This document shows positions 1 to 14,222 of a DNA stretch of 64,000 bases, piece by piece (position 1 is the first letter of the stretch; each line of letters opens with the position of its first letter). The DNA comes from Eledone cirrhosa (lineage: Eukaryota). The notes below the pieces were generated by a model. It was not told where the DNA came from. It saw nothing but the letters and a program-made list of their open reading frames with translations, and did no database searches. A program made the translations under genes and the position numbers. The stretch lies in NCBI GenBank assembly GCA_964016885.1, contig OZ024755.1, forward strand, positions 20,770,001 to 20,834,000, written 5' to 3'.

Positions 1-165
1 TTTACAATACAAACACTTATATGATTGTATTAGTGTTTATCATATATATTAATTTATATTAACTTGTATATATATATATATATATATATATGGATCTAGC
101 TATCGAAACGGCCGGAGCTCAGCCGTCAGGGTCCTCACTCTTTTCATATACACACACATATATAT

Positions 166-215
<50 letters not shown>

Positions 216-221
216 ATGTAT

Positions 222-362
222 ATTCATCAGATCCTGTGATAAACAGCCGAAACTCCAGAGTAACAAGATTCAATAGTTCGCCTTAAAATAAAATGAATTA
301 AAATTCTACTTCGGTATTGAGTACTCTTCTCTCTCTCAGTCGTCAACTACATACGGATATCT
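222..362 (+). mobile_element. Family A island with a hammerhead 3' half
   Basis: CTGtgataaaCAG-CC-GAAA-CTCcaGAG-TA^-ACAAG; inverted TCATCAG just upstream; GTATTGAGTAC at 314. Confidence 0.55.
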
Positions 363-428
363 ATATAATATATATATATATATATAATAGATGAGGTTCT
401 ACAGGACTAGAACTGTTTCCTTATATAT

Positions 429-480
<52 letters not shown>

Positions 481-625
481 ATACTTGGGGAGGGTCATAT
501 TTGTGTAATATTGCCAGAATTAATAACAGAACACACTGACTAATTCATCGCCGCTATATATATATATATATAACTGAATTAGCCGTCGAAACGGCTTGAG
601 CTCAGCCGTCGGGGTCTTACTGGTT

Positions 626-659
<34 letters not shown>

Positions 660-707
660 TCTACAAGGCCAGCAATTACACAGTGTATTACTGGTACTTT
701 ACCCCGT

Positions 708-739
<32 letters not shown>

Positions 740-1014
740 CTAACAAGACTCACCATGTAGCCATAATAAAATGAATGATATATATATAAGCACATTGTTT
801 TTAAAATGAATGAGGAAAGAGGAAAAAAAAGTTGAACGAAGAAAAGTTATGAAAAATATATGAATTTTTTTTGTTAAAAGTTAAAACTATATGTAAACAT
901 ACCACTATGATCGATATCATTGTCTGGAATTTCTCTGTTAATTCCACTGTCCCGGACAGGACACGTGGGATCATTACGTTCCATGTTTTTCTTCTATTAA
1001 ACTGAATCGTTGTA

Positions 1015-1055
<41 letters not shown>

Positions 1056-1225
1056 ATATATGTATTTATATATGGGTGTGTGTGTGTGTGTATATATGTA
1101 TATATATATATATATATATGTGTGTATATGTATGTATGTATGTATATGTGTGTATATATATCCTTCGTGCTGTTAAAACCGGCTGCTATAATATAGTCAG
1201 TCAGTTTTAGTCTGTCGTCGTTATC

Positions 1226-2052
1226 TAGTGGTGGTGATGGTGGTGGTGGTGGTGGTACTAGTAGTGGTGGTTGATATGGTGGTGGTGGTGGTGGTCGTCG
1301 TCGTCGTCGTCGTCGTCGTAGTGGTTGTGCTGGTAGTGTTGATGATGATGGTGGTGGTGGTGGAGGTATTGGTAGTGTTGGTCGTGGTGGTTGTGGTGGT
1401 GGTGGTGGTGGTCGTCGTCGTCGTCGTCGTGGTTGTGCTGGTAGTGTTGATGATGATGGTGGTGGTGGTGGAGGTATTGGTAGTGTTGGTCGTGGTGGTT
1501 GTGGTGGTGGTGTTGGTGTTGGTATTGTTAGTGTTGGTGGTGGTGGTGGTGGTGGTGGTATTGGTGATAATGATGGTGGTGGTGGTGGTATTGGTGGTAA
1601 TGTTGGTGGTGGTGGTGGTGGTGGTATTGGTAGTGTTGGTCGTGGTGGTGGTGGTGTTTGTGTTGCTGGTGGTGTTGGTGTTGGTATTGTTAGTGTTGGT
1701 GGTGGTGGTGGTATTGGTGATAATGATGGTGGTGGTGGTGGTAATGTTGGTGGTGGTGGTGGTGTTTGTGTTGCTGGTGGTGTTGGTATTGTTAGTGTTG
1801 GTGGTGGTGGTGGTGGTATTGGTGATAATGATGGTGGTGGTGGTGGTGGTAATGTTGTTGGTGGTGGTGGTGGTGGTGGTGTTTGTGTTGTTGTCGGTGG
1901 TGATGGTGGTGGCGGTGGTATTAGTAGTGTTAGTGGTGGTGGTATTGGTAGTGCTGATCTTGTTGCTGTTGATGGTGGTGTGGGGTGTTGGTATTGTTAG
2001 TGGTGGTGGTGGTGGTGGTGTTGGTGGTAATGTCGGTGGTGGTGGTAGTGGT
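1226..2052. repeat. (GGT/GTT)n low-complexity tract
   Basis: Trinucleotide repeat with higher-order duplications; gives poly-V and poly-T ORFs. Confidence 0.9.
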
Positions 2053-2453
2053 GACTTCTGTGAAATGTCGCGCCTCTTACCAACCAACAGACCGCCCTCG
2101 TGTAGCAGGCAGCCCGCCGACTAACTTTATCAGGCTTCACAACTAAACTGACCTACACACACACAACACACACACACATATTACTGATTCTCATTCTCTC
2201 TCCACTTCACACACACACATACACACACACACATTCACACACACACATTCACATACACACACACACATTCACATACACACACACACACATTCACATACAC
2301 ACACTCACACACACACATTCACATACACACACACACATTCACATACACACACTCACATTCACACACACACATACACGCGCACATTCACATACACGCGCAC
2401 ATTCACATACTCACACACACATTCACATACACGCGCACATTCACATACTCACA

Positions 2454-2492
<39 letters not shown>

Positions 2493-2830
2493 TCACATAC
2501 TCACACACATATTCACATACACACATACACACACACACACTTTATGTATTTATTTATTGTATGTACTTTTTTATTTTAGGTTTGTAGTAAGAAGAAGAAG
2601 AAGAAGAAGACGAAAAAGAAGAAGAAGAAGGAGACGAAGAAGAAGAAAGAGACGAAGAAGAAGAAGAAGTAAAAGAAAAAGAAGAAGAAGAAGAAAAAGA
2701 AAAAGAAAAAGAAGAAGAAGAAGAAGAAGACGAGGAAGAAGCGTGAATTATGGGTGATGTCGGCGTATTTCAGTGAGTGCTTGGCTGGTTAAACGTCACA
2801 CAGACCTACAATATCTCCTATAGATACATT

Positions 2831-2882
<52 letters not shown>

Positions 2883-2950
2883 CATATATATATACATAAA
2901 CGTTTGAAGTCTAAATGTATATGAAGGAGGATATATATTATAGGGATACA

Positions 2951-2995
<45 letters not shown>

Positions 2996-3370
2996 GAAAT
3001 ATATATATATATATATTAATAAAAATAATGAATAAAAACAAAGAAACAGTTCCTTATATTAAAAAATTCATCATTTTACGATCGTTTCTAGGATATATAT
3101 GTGTGTGTTGGTATGTATATCATATAGATCTATGTAAAAATTTTACAAACTATCATTCTATTTATCTACATATATATATATATATAAATACATTGAGAGA
3201 GAAAGAAAAAGAGATACAAAGAGAGAAAGAGCGCCAAAACCCGCACGCACATGCGTGTATGTATAAGTGTTAGGGTATGTGTACACATGCAAAGATGTGC
3301 GGTAAAGAAGTTCGCTCCTTAAACACGTGGTTCTGAGTTCGATCACACAGCGCGGCAATAAATATAAACG

Positions 3371-3462
3371 AACGGTTTCATTCGGGAGAAATCATCAGGA
3401 ATCTTCCTGATGATTTCTCCCGAATTAAACAGTTCTAGTCCTGTCGAAGCCTTTCTATATTA

Positions 3463-3465
<3 letters not shown>
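3371..3465. ncRNA. Family B hammerhead palindrome; plus copy has GAAA>TAAA, minus copy truncated
   Basis: Near-identical to 37912-38020; inverted about ~3401. Another fragment lies at 397-419 on the minus strand. Confidence 0.75.
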
Positions 3466-3506
<41 letters not shown>

Positions 3507-3637
3507 GAGGTTATATTTAATTTGTTGGGATTCAACAAGCTTAAAAATTTTCATAACTAATATAAAGCACTCAACAAATTAGTGGAGTAAACATTCAATA
3601 TATTAATAAATGGAAACTATATTTATAAAACCATAAT

Positions 3638-3703
3638 TATTTTATTATATATATTTCAAGGGCAACCAAGGCAAATTATGGTGCGCTTTCATCAGATAAA
3701 ATA
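3638..3703 (-). ncRNA. Type I hammerhead ribozyme, intact
   Basis: Minus strand: TATTTTAT-CTGATGA-AAGcGCACCA..TGGtTGCcCTT-GAAA-TATATA-TA^-ATAAAATA; perfect 8-bp helix I, palindromic helix III. Confidence 0.88.
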
Positions 3704-4011
3704 CAGATTTGTTTTATAAATAAATATTGACATACCCGGAAAAAAGACAACCTTAACGATTGAAGCTTCCTGTATATATATATATATATATATATAAAGA
3801 GCTATATATATATATATATATAGCTCTTTTTACAAAACGGTTTTTTTTTTCCATTTCAGGTAGACGCGCTCCATCATCCACTTTTCTAAAAAAACAAATC
3901 ATACACAAAACGCCACTAGTTTTGCAAGAGATGTCAACATGAATGGACCTGTTATTTTTATCTAAAGACATTTTTTCCAATTCCATCCCATCAATCTATT
4001 TTATTTCTCAT

Positions 4012-4050
4012 TCTTTCTTCTGATGAAGGACTAGCGTCCGAAACGTTATG
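4012..4050 (+). ncRNA. Minimal hammerhead motif, helix I not evident (degenerate)
   Basis: CTGATGA-A-GGACtagcGTCC-GAAA-CGTT with palindromic AACGTT, typical of Penelope minimal hammerheads. Confidence 0.6.
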
Positions 4051-4140
4051 TCCCTCTTCCTGCTATATCAAGCGTTAACCTAATATATACCTTCCATATA
4101 CTGTACCGATTGTGTTGTTATCTCTGTTTACCTTTTACAT

Positions 4141-4217
<77 letters not shown>

Positions 4218-4276
4218 CAGTAATAGCAGTAATAAACGAAGCCACATTTTAAATATTTGACTTTTTTATTTTATTT

Positions 4277-4309
<33 letters not shown>

Positions 4310-5031
4310 GGTGGTGGCTGCCAACTCGTTTTCGAGTACGGCCACTACTTTATATCCATGTAGGAGAACCCCCACCGATGTGCTGAACGAGTGTGACTTT
4401 TTAGTCCAGCCAGCGACTTGAAAACTCTGGTACAGACACTACACTTGTGACAATTATTGACACATAGTGCTGGGCCCATGGTATCATGTGACGACAAGTG
4501 CAGAGAGATCTCCAGATATAAAGCAATGCCTGTGTCGTGAAGATTTTATAGTGAGCAAAGGCACTGCACAAAGCCAGTCCCACTCTCTTAACCAAGATGA
4601 TATTTACCAAAAAGAATAACAAGTCAACATCATTGGATACCATCAGGGCTGCAGGTGCTATATCAGAGTTTTCTTTCTCCTAGAATTCTGCCTTGACAAA
4701 GGCTAAGGGGTCATCACTCCCGGTGTCAGGTCACCAGTTGGTGCTACTGGTAACATGTATCCCAGTACAACCTGTCTCATGGTCGGGTCGTTGGCGACTA
4801 AACTGGCAACCCCACTAAGGTTTCTTGGTGATGAGGGTGACTTTGGACATCCTGCAGGACTAAAAACAAAACCTGTCAAAGGGCAAAGGAGCTCTTAAGA
4901 GTCAATGGCCATCCAAAATCACAGAATTCTAGAAGGAAAACTCTGATAAAACACCTGCAACCCTGATGGTATCTAATGATGTTGACTTGTTCTTCTTTTT
5001 GGTAAATATCATCTTGGGTAAGAGAGTGGGA
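4310..5031. mobile_element. Inverted and partly duplicated copy of the 32370-32980 element
   Basis: 4310-4722(-) is the 3' part; 4723-5031(+) is the 5' part plus a repeat of ~105 bp. Confidence 0.8.
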
Positions 5032-5230
5032 CATACATACATACATACATACATACACACATACATACATACATACATACATACATACATACATACATAC
5101 AACAAGGAAGCGAAGAGGCAGTACAAAATTCTAATATTTTTCAGCCTGTGGCTTTCGAGACGTTTGGGGGAGTCGGGCCGCTGACTGCGAGGTTCCTCTC
5201 TTCACCACACCATACACACGCATACATATA

Positions 5231-5411
5231 TACGACGGTCCACTGAAAGGTTCATGGGTTGACTATGAAGGAGTGATGCTAGAGCTGTGAAATATTGCAT
5301 GCATTAATTTCAACTCTTTCCAGGGACTATGTTGAAAAATAAACCTCATTTTGGTTATTCCATGAGAGTATCTTGGTCAGCCTCTGAACTTCTCAGCCGA
5401 CACCCTCGTAA
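5231..5411. mobile_element. Mariner-type MITE
   Basis: TACGA..CTGAAAGGTTCA / TGAACTTCTCAGC..CCCTCGTA with TA ends. Confidence 0.7.
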
Positions 5412-5913
5412 CTCTCTTGTTCATTGTGTATATGTGTGCGTGTCGTTAATGTGTGTGTATGTGTGAATGCCTATGTATGTATGCGTGTGTATGTATGTGA
5501 GTGTATGTGTATGAATGTGTGTATGTATGTGAGTGTATGTGTATGAATGTATGTATGTATGTGAGTGTATGTGTATGAATGTGTGTGTGTGTGTGCGTGT
5601 GCGTGTGTGTGTGTATGGCTGTATTTGTTCCCGATCCTCTGTGTTCTGAGTTCAATATAGACCTACATAGATCCACTTTCCTCTTTTTATTTCATGTTCC
5701 AGGGTCGGTAAGTAAATATACCCGTTCAGGGCACTGGATTGATGGAATGTTAAATGTTCGAATCTTTGGGGACGGTAAGTGGTATCTAGGACTGGGTTAA
5801 CCATTAAGAGAAATATGCACATTCTGTAGAAGTCATGACTAACCGGCCATATATATATCATCATCACCATCGACGACATCATCATCGTCGTCATCGGGGT
5901 TATCATCACCATC

Positions 5914-5945
<32 letters not shown>

Positions 5946-5959
5946 CACCATCATCATCA

Positions 5960-6660
5960 TCACCATCGTCGTCGTCGTTTAACGTCCGCTTTCCTGGCAA
6001 GCAAGGGTTGGACGGGGCTATTGACCACTCAGACAGGCCGAGGAGCATCTGTCTGCATCTTGCTTACATATAATCTCACATTCTACCATGTGCACCAGCA
6101 CAGGAGAGGTTGTCATGCGTTTGACACAACTGAAGCTCCTTCCAATCCTTTGTTTGCCAATCTTTCTACGGTTGGATAACTTTCTTATTACAAACCACTT
6201 TCCAGAGTGTATTGGGTGTGTTTACAGTGTAGTTCACCAACATTACAGAGGCTGTCATGTCTTTGACATAAATGAGGGCCCTCCTAACCCTTTGTTTGGC
6301 GAGCTTTCTAAGGCCGGATGCCCTTCCTAGCACCAACCACTTTACACGGTGTACCGAGTGCTTTTATCGTGTAGATAATCAACACTGGAAAGGTTGTCGT
6401 GCAGTAATACAACTGAAGGGTCCTCTTCGGCATAGTTTCTACAGCAGCGTGCTTTTCCTGTTGCCGGCCATCTTACAGGGTGGATTGGGTGCGTTTATCG
6501 TGTAGATCACCTACACTGTGGAAGTTATCGTATGGTGACACAACTGAAGGGTCCTCTCAAACTTTTAAGCATAGTTTCTACAGCGGGTTCCTTTTCCTGT
6601 TGCCGGCCATCTTACAGGGTGTAACGGGTGTATTTATGTAGCACCAACACTAGAGAGGTT
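5960..6660 (-). repeat. Retroposon 3' tail with an internal unit (~110-150 bp) tandemly amplified about 5 times
   Basis: Tail GGAAAGCGGACGTTAAACGA(YGA)n on minus strand; repeated ACACAACTGAAG..TTTCTAC..TTACA..GTGTA..GGGTG. Confidence 0.6.
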
Positions 6661-6685
6661 GTTTGTGCTTGTCCCAACGAAAGAG

Positions 6686-6723
<38 letters not shown>

Positions 6724-7516
6724 TTTGTTGGGTTTATGTGAGAGTGATATAAGGGAGGTAATTGTGTATGCGTGAATGTGTGAATGCTTAAGTGTATGTG
6801 TTGCAGTGTGTGTGTATGTGTTATTTGTTAGTCTCGTTGAACTGTGGCCATGCTGGAGCACCATATTCTCCATTTGTTGAACAACCGTGTTACGGGACAT
6901 ATAGACAGACATCGTAAACACTGCATGTGTTTAGATGAGACCCACACACACATACAAACACATATTCACACACATTCACACGCTTACGCGTTTGCGTGCA
7001 CATAATGTGCCATTATGTGTGTATGTGTCTGTCAGTCAGTCTCTGTGTCTGTGTGCATTATATATATGTGTGCATTATATATATGTGTGTGTCCGTCTGT
7101 GTGTGTCTCTGTATGTGTGTCTCTGTCTGTCTTTATGTCTGTGTATGTATGTGTGTCTATGTGTGTCTGCCTGTCTGTCTGTGTGTGTGTGTGTGTGTCT
7201 CTGCCTCTCTATGCCTGTGTGTGTGTGTCTATCTGTGTGTCTGTCTCTGTGTGTATGTCTGTCTGTCTCTTGTCTGTGTTTGTCTGCCTGTCTCTATGCA
7301 TGTGTATCTGTCTGTGTGTGTATGTATCTCTGTCGATCTGTCTCTATCCCTGTGTATGTGTCTATGTGTGTGTGTGTGTATCTCTGTCTCTATGCCTGTG
7401 TATGTGTCTGTGTGTGTATGTATGTGTGTGTGTGTATCTGTCTCTATGCCTGTGTATGTGTCTGTGTATGTATGTGTGTGTGTGTGTGTGTGTGTATCTC
7501 TGTCTCTATGCCTGTG

Positions 7517-7551
<35 letters not shown>

Positions 7552-7892
7552 CTCTCTCTATGCTTGTGTATGTGTCTATGTGTCTGTCTCTCTGTATGTG
7601 ATTATTATATGTACGTACAATATTTCTTGTCATCCATTAATGGACACGACGTCTAATTGTTTTAACATTAATGTTTCAGTACAATAAATATTAGGATTGT
7701 TTCAGTGCAGGTCGGTTGATGCAAGAGCTGGTCTGTCGGCCACATTCGATGAAGTATGATATCCATGTCTACCCGAGTCTTCAGTTTCCTGTGTTCAAAC
7801 AGGGATTGCGAAGCTTTGTTCAAGAAGTGGGTTGAAGGAGCTAATAAAAAGGAGTATATGTGCACGCACACGCACACACACACTATAAATAT

Positions 7893-8038
7893 ATTAGAAA
7901 AATAGAATAGCTTTCACCGCATTTTTGACTAAAGAAATTTTAGTTTGATAATGGGGTTTCTTTAGTCAAAAATACGGTGAAAGCTATTCTATTTTTCTAA
8001 TTTCAAACCTGCTCACTGTTTCAAAACATACTCCATTG

Positions 8039-8040
<2 letters not shown>
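7893..8040. repeat. 45-bp inverted repeat island between microsatellites
   Basis: Arms 7893-7937 and 7957-8001, one mismatch; contains GAAA-GC-TA, possibly a minimal hammerhead helix III; ends in (TA)n. Confidence 0.7.
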
Positions 8041-8088
<48 letters not shown>

Positions 8089-8155
8089 TGATATCTACCT
8101 GTCTATGGTTGGGCCAATAACATTATTAGAACTCCATGTAGTCCAGAAATAGGTT

Positions 8156-8192
<37 letters not shown>

Positions 8193-8231
8193 TGTGTGTG
8201 TGTGTGTGTGTATGTATATATATATATATAT

Positions 8232-8477
8232 CCTAAACAGAGGAGACTGAGGTTAGCTGGACATGCTCACCGACATCCAGAGTTGACATTGCACTCAGTG
8301 CTCCCGTGGGAGCCCCTATATGGACACACTGGAAGAGGAAGACCAAAGTTAACGTATGTTGATGCCCTAAGGACAGACACTGGTCTGTTGGAGACGCAGG
8401 ACATGGCAGCAATAATGAGGGACAGAGACCACTGGAGAGAACTCGTCCATGGATCTCGGGAATTTTACCCGCCCTAG

Positions 8478-8480
<3 letters not shown>
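8232..8480 (+). mobile_element. RTE LINE 3' end
   Basis: RRLRLAGH..WEP..GRGRPKLTYVD..DRDHWR; matches 39330-39775. Confidence 0.85.
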
Positions 8481-8568
<88 letters not shown>

Positions 8569-9469
8569 GTAGAAAGGTAGAGAGAGAGATGTGTTCTACT
8601 GGTATTTTAGTCACCGACCCAAGAAGTATGAAAGGTTATTTCATAGGATTGGGTAGGATTTGAACTGAAAGTGGCGGGGGCTCAAAATAAATACCGCAAG
8701 GCATTTTCCCTGAGGCTCTGGCGACACTGCCAATTCACTTACTTAAACAACGTATAAGCTTAGATTTATGATGTCCGCCACTCTCAAAAAACTGTAAGTA
8801 TATATAACTACATTTCCGATAGTACTCAATGTAAGGAGGAATGCTCTTCACAGCATTTCAAAATTGATTGTATCTTTCACTTTCTTACATAACAACACAC
8901 AATTATAACAAACATCTTTAGATCGAAGTCCAACCAAAACTCAATAATAGCTTTAAACATCTCAAAATCAATAAGTATTTCAGCATCTTGTATAATTCTG
9001 AAAGCAGTCTTCAGTATTTTTAATGCATTGTTTTCATCGACATACCCAGATTGATAAGCAAAAATGCAATTTTTATTCCACAAATTTGACAAGCATAAGT
9101 ATTCTAACCTCTGGCTTTAATAAATAAATATAATAGAATGAAATAAAATCTAAATAATCAGACTAGATCTAGCTCTACCATTATTTTTGAAATGTTTACA
9201 CCAAACCTTTTATCGATTGATGTAGTAGATATAAATAAATATTTTTCCCGCTGTTAATTAGAACAACACAAGATTTCTACACCTCGAACAAAGTAACAAT
9301 GTTTGATACATTAACAACAACTGTAAAGTCGAGACTATTTTTAAAATGCAATATTAACTCATCATTATATACTTCTTTTTTGCATAATATTATGAGAATA
9401 ATGCAGTATTTCGACTTGAAATAGAAATATATAGATATATTTTAAAGAAGAAAATATGTCATCAAAATG

Positions 9470-9870
9470 TGCTAGTCTTGTGAGACTGGATCTACACCTG
9501 GAACTTTCCTCTCCAGGATATAAGCCTGGACAAGGATTTTTTGTGAAAAACCAGCAGTTGTAAATCTTGTAAGACCATGGATTTGTACCTGAAACTTTTC
9601 TCTCCAAGATGTACGCCTGGAAAACCTTTTCTGAGGAAGACGAACAGCCTCAAGCCTCGCGAGAAACATGGATCCCCAAGATGTAAGCTTGCACAAAGTG
9701 TTTTTGTGGAAGACCAACAATCGTCTGCACCTGAAGCATTCCTCTCCAAGACGTAGGCCTGGAAAACGTTTTTTTTTCTTTTTGTGGAAGACCAACAGTC
9801 ACAAATCTCGCGAGATCATAGATCTCTCCAATATTAGGCTTGGACAAGGTTTTTCGAGGAAGCCCAGCTG
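9470..9870. repeat. Degenerate minisatellite, ~45-75 bp units
   Basis: Recurring ACCTG.A..TT.CTCTCCAAGATGTA.GCCTGGA.AA..TTTT.GTG.AAGACCA.CAG. Confidence 0.65.
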
Positions 9871-10171
9871 TCACCCAGGCACGCAAAACTCCTTCCTTTC
9901 ATCACAAATATTGTCCTAGGGAAAAATAAATGGTTGCTACAGCTTGGCACGAATTACGTTGCAAAACAAACACAGAACGTAAAGAACCAAAAGAGATATC
10001 GCACAACATCCTACCCGACGCTCTAGCAATTCCGCAAATCCACCATTGTCCTGGACAGGCACTTTATTTATCGATCTCGAATTAGAGTGCAGAGTGTCAG
10101 AACAAATATCGCATGGCATTTAATCCGATGCTCTAACGATTCTGCCAAGTCTGTTCACATTACCACAGTTA

Positions 10172-10226
<55 letters not shown>

Positions 10227-10254
10227 TATGAATATCTTAATATCATATTAAAAT

Positions 10255-10327
10255 TTTCTTTCTGATGAACGATTTCAGACGTCTCTGTTGAGCTTGCGTG
10301 TCTTCGTGAAACCTTTGGTAAATGGAA
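10255..10327 (+). ncRNA. Type I hammerhead ribozyme in a (TA)n-flanked island (10222-10420)
   Basis: TTTCTTT-CTGATGA-ACGA...TCGT-GAAA-CCtttGG-TA^-AATGGAA; helix I 6 of 7 pairs. Confidence 0.75.
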
Positions 10328-10417
10328 TAATTGTATTGTGTTGTTTATTACATAATTAAAAAGCTCTGTAGCATACATAGAGCACTCTCCCTTCCTTTAC
10401 CCTTTCTACGGAAATAC

Positions 10418-10533
<116 letters not shown>

Positions 10534-10914
10534 CGCACACAGTTTCTATATATCTAGGACCAGATTGACTTCCGCCGGATACGAATAATAAGGCAGGTAT
10601 GCATAGCCACGAACGCATACGCTCAGGACATCTGCATGCTGATACACATATGTAGAAGCTCTCTCTATACATACATACATACATACATACATACATACAT
10701 ACATACATACATACATACATACATACATACAGAGAGAGAGAGAGAGGGGGGGGGTACAGAAGAATTGGCAGATAGACAATGGAAGAAATATAGAGAGAAA
10801 GGAAAAATACATTAGCATTGTATAGAGGAAGTATGAAAGATAAGGAAGTTTACAGTTAGTACTGACTGAGTAAGCAACACTCCTGAATCTATCCTTAGAT
10901 GTAGATGACTGTGA

Positions 10915-11180
10915 AGTTCCACCACACCCTAGTATATCGTGGGTACTTAGGGTCTGTTCCATCATACCCTAGTATATTGTGGGTAGTTAGGGTTTGTACC
11001 ATCACACCCGGCTATATCGTGAGTTTGTACCATCACACCCTGTTATGTTATTCTCTGGATAGTCAGGGTTTATTCCATCACACCCTGTTATGTTATTATC
11101 TGGGTAGTCATGGTTTATTCCATCACACTCTGTCATGTTTTTCTCTGGGTAGTCTGAACTTATTCCATCACCCCTGGCTA
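10915..11180. repeat. ~40-bp minisatellite, about 7 copies
   Basis: Recurring TTCCATCACACCCT..TATG...TGGGTAGT.AGGGTT. Confidence 0.8.
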
Positions 11181-11485
11181 TGTCGTTCAGTTAGAAATCA
11201 ATATATTTTATTCCCTTATTAGTGTCTAGATAATTAATTACCTGCCTTTAATCCATCTAAACAATATAAATAGCATTTCTAAAGTAGGAATTGCTATTTT
11301 AATCCAGTTTGTTAGATTGATCTCATAATCATAGATAAGTTCATTCTTTTCTTTCTTTTGCTTTTCTTGTTTGTTTGTTTTTCTTTCTTTTTACTTTTTT
11401 TTTCTTTTGTTTTTAATTTTGAAATCCTCATATGAGACGTTGGTACATAATCTCCTACGAACGGGATCACACAGAACTTCAGTTG

Positions 11486-11568
<83 letters not shown>

Positions 11569-11935
11569 TGTGTGTGTCCTCATTTTTGCAAAGTCTATAC
11601 AAATCCACATTTCTACTCCGATTGACTTCAAACTTACATTTATATATTCCTTGCGGTCTAAAGATATTAACTGCAGCTTTTATTTTTCAATTTTCTGTTT
11701 CTAAAGGGGTGTTAGGCGCCGGTTATTGATCTCCGTCGCGCCCTTATAATATCTATCTGTATGTCTCGCTGTCTGCATTACGACATTATGACAAACATTG
11801 ATGACGTATTATGTTCGCTATTTTCCATTCATTGCCAGGGAACGTCTTCACGAACCAAAGTATCGTCTTCCTGTTTTCCTTCGGTTTCAACGTTTTTCGA
11901 AATATTTACTTCTGCGTTCACAGATTGATTTTTTT

Positions 11936-11986
11936 AGTTTCAGAAGATCCCGTTAAGTGTGAAAGCAGCGATTCTTTGCTTAAACT
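11936..11986 (+). ncRNA. Hammerhead-like motif with variant core CAGAAGA (family K)
   Basis: AGTTT-CAGAAGA-TCCCgttaaGTGT-GAAA-GCAgcgattcttTGC-TT^-AAACT. Confidence 0.65.
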
Positions 11987-12710
11987 TTAATCTGTTATTT
12001 TAATATATAATATAAGCGAGGTAAGCCAGCCCAGTTGCCACTTCTTGCCAATAAACATTAACCCTTTGTGCGCCATTCATCTAACTGTAGACAAACAAAT
12101 ACCAATTAAACGGACCGTTGACAAGAACGATGGCGAATGAATCTTCGAGGTAAGCAGTTTCCTCCCGAACTGTTAGTTCACGCGGGATTCTCTGCTACAC
12201 CTTTTAGTAATAATACCGAACAACGTACTGCTGGTCACTCCTTCCTCCAAAAACCGTACAAAGAGGATATGTGCATCGGACAGATGAATCGGGTGCAAAT
12301 CTATACCAGGCCTACGCGAGAAATTCGCAAGGGACTGCACCGAGAGGGATAGAGAGAAAGAGTAACTTAGTGACAAGAGTGCGAATGAACTTTTGAGGTA
12401 AGTAGCCTACGCCTTACTGCTATGACACTGGAACCTTCTGCCAACTTAACCTGTGACTTTCTCTTTCACATTTACTCCAATAGGCCAAAACAGAGGAATA
12501 TGAAAAGAAGGGGCTCAACAATATTTCTATGAACAATGCACGTAGACAGCTAAACTGTACTTTCAACTTCTTAATTTTCTCCAAATAAAACAAGTTTCCT
12601 GTCGGTATATTTTCGTGAGTTTTTAACAGGCACTCACATATAAACGTTTCTCATTGGAAGTGCTATTACCAATGTTGTTATCCGTGCAACACCGGGATAC
12701 ACTGCTAGTG

Positions 12711-13100
<390 letters not shown>

Positions 13101-14184
13101 TATGTTAATACGGCACCCTTATAACTCTGAAAAAAGGAGGAAGGGGTAAAGAAGGGCTGATCTGGCTGTATAGGAAAGTAAAAGAAAGGATTATAAATGC
13201 CATAAATGAGAAAAAGATCGTCCTTAGAAAGTCAAACTTCACTGCTAGCTTAGACGTTGCACAACCATGGACAAGGCTAAGTCTTGTAAGACACGCATCT
13301 ATTGTATTACAAGAGACACATGTCTACAGTGATCTTATATGTTTAGAAAAAAGAGTATGTTCTATTTAAATCTATTATCTTTTTAATCTTAATATTTTAG
13401 TTCTCTCCACCTAAAGGTGGGGTTGGTTGGCTCATAACATTACCAGCCTTACTTAGTCCAAAAGAGAAAATGATTTTGAACGGGGTTTCCTATCAACCCA
13501 TATTTTTTTATAAGTAGATTTTTGAAAGAAGGAAAAAAAACGAAAATAAAACGATGGATGGATCTGTAACGTTGGGAAATTATATAAGGTTGAAGAAGAT
13601 CATTTAAACAAAGACAGACTTATTTCACAATAACACTAACAACAATTGTATGGCATCAGTAAATCAGGGCAAAATTTGCAGTTCTTATTACACTACACAT
13701 ACCCAAAGAAAATTATATACTTTAGCCTGCTGAGAAATAAAAGTAACTGCTAAATAAATATTTTCTTTTCTTCTTCTTTTCAAAAGATTTATTTATTGTC
13801 AATCAATGCAATATATATTTTATGTTGCTGTTATTTTTTGTATTGTTTCTGTATTGTTTTTTTTTTACTATTTTCTTTCTTTTTTTTATCCTTTGTTCTA
13901 TCGGTGACAAAGTACTCATTGCTCCATTCTAGATGTCCGATCGAATGTCAGAACATTACATTAAATGAGGTCGATATCAAGAATTATAAAAAACAATGGG
14001 TTTTTGTAGATATATGTTGTTATGCAAGCAACAGTTAGCTGATGCCTGTGTTTTAGCCATTGCTATATCGTCTGCTTATCAACTAGAACTGTTTCTATTT
14101 CGATTACTATGATATCATGCAGTTTGTCTCGATAGAAACAGATTACGAAATAATTGGTAATTGATGTGTTTCTCTCTCTCTCAC

Positions 14185-14222
<38 letters not shown>

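Noticed and set aside
1221-2124. 288-aa Thr-rich and 298-aa Val-rich ORFs (mucin-like)
   Set aside because: Products of a (GGT)n tract open on both strands; no signal peptide or splice context.
2557-2757. Protamine-like poly-Arg ORF
   Set aside because: (AGA)n repeat with a non-ATG start.
6935-7687. Long Cys/Val-rich ORFs
   Set aside because: Translation of (GT/CT)n microsatellite.
8877-9110. Non-repetitive 71-aa minus-strand ORF
   Set aside because: No recognisable motif or convincing splice sites; needs a homology search.
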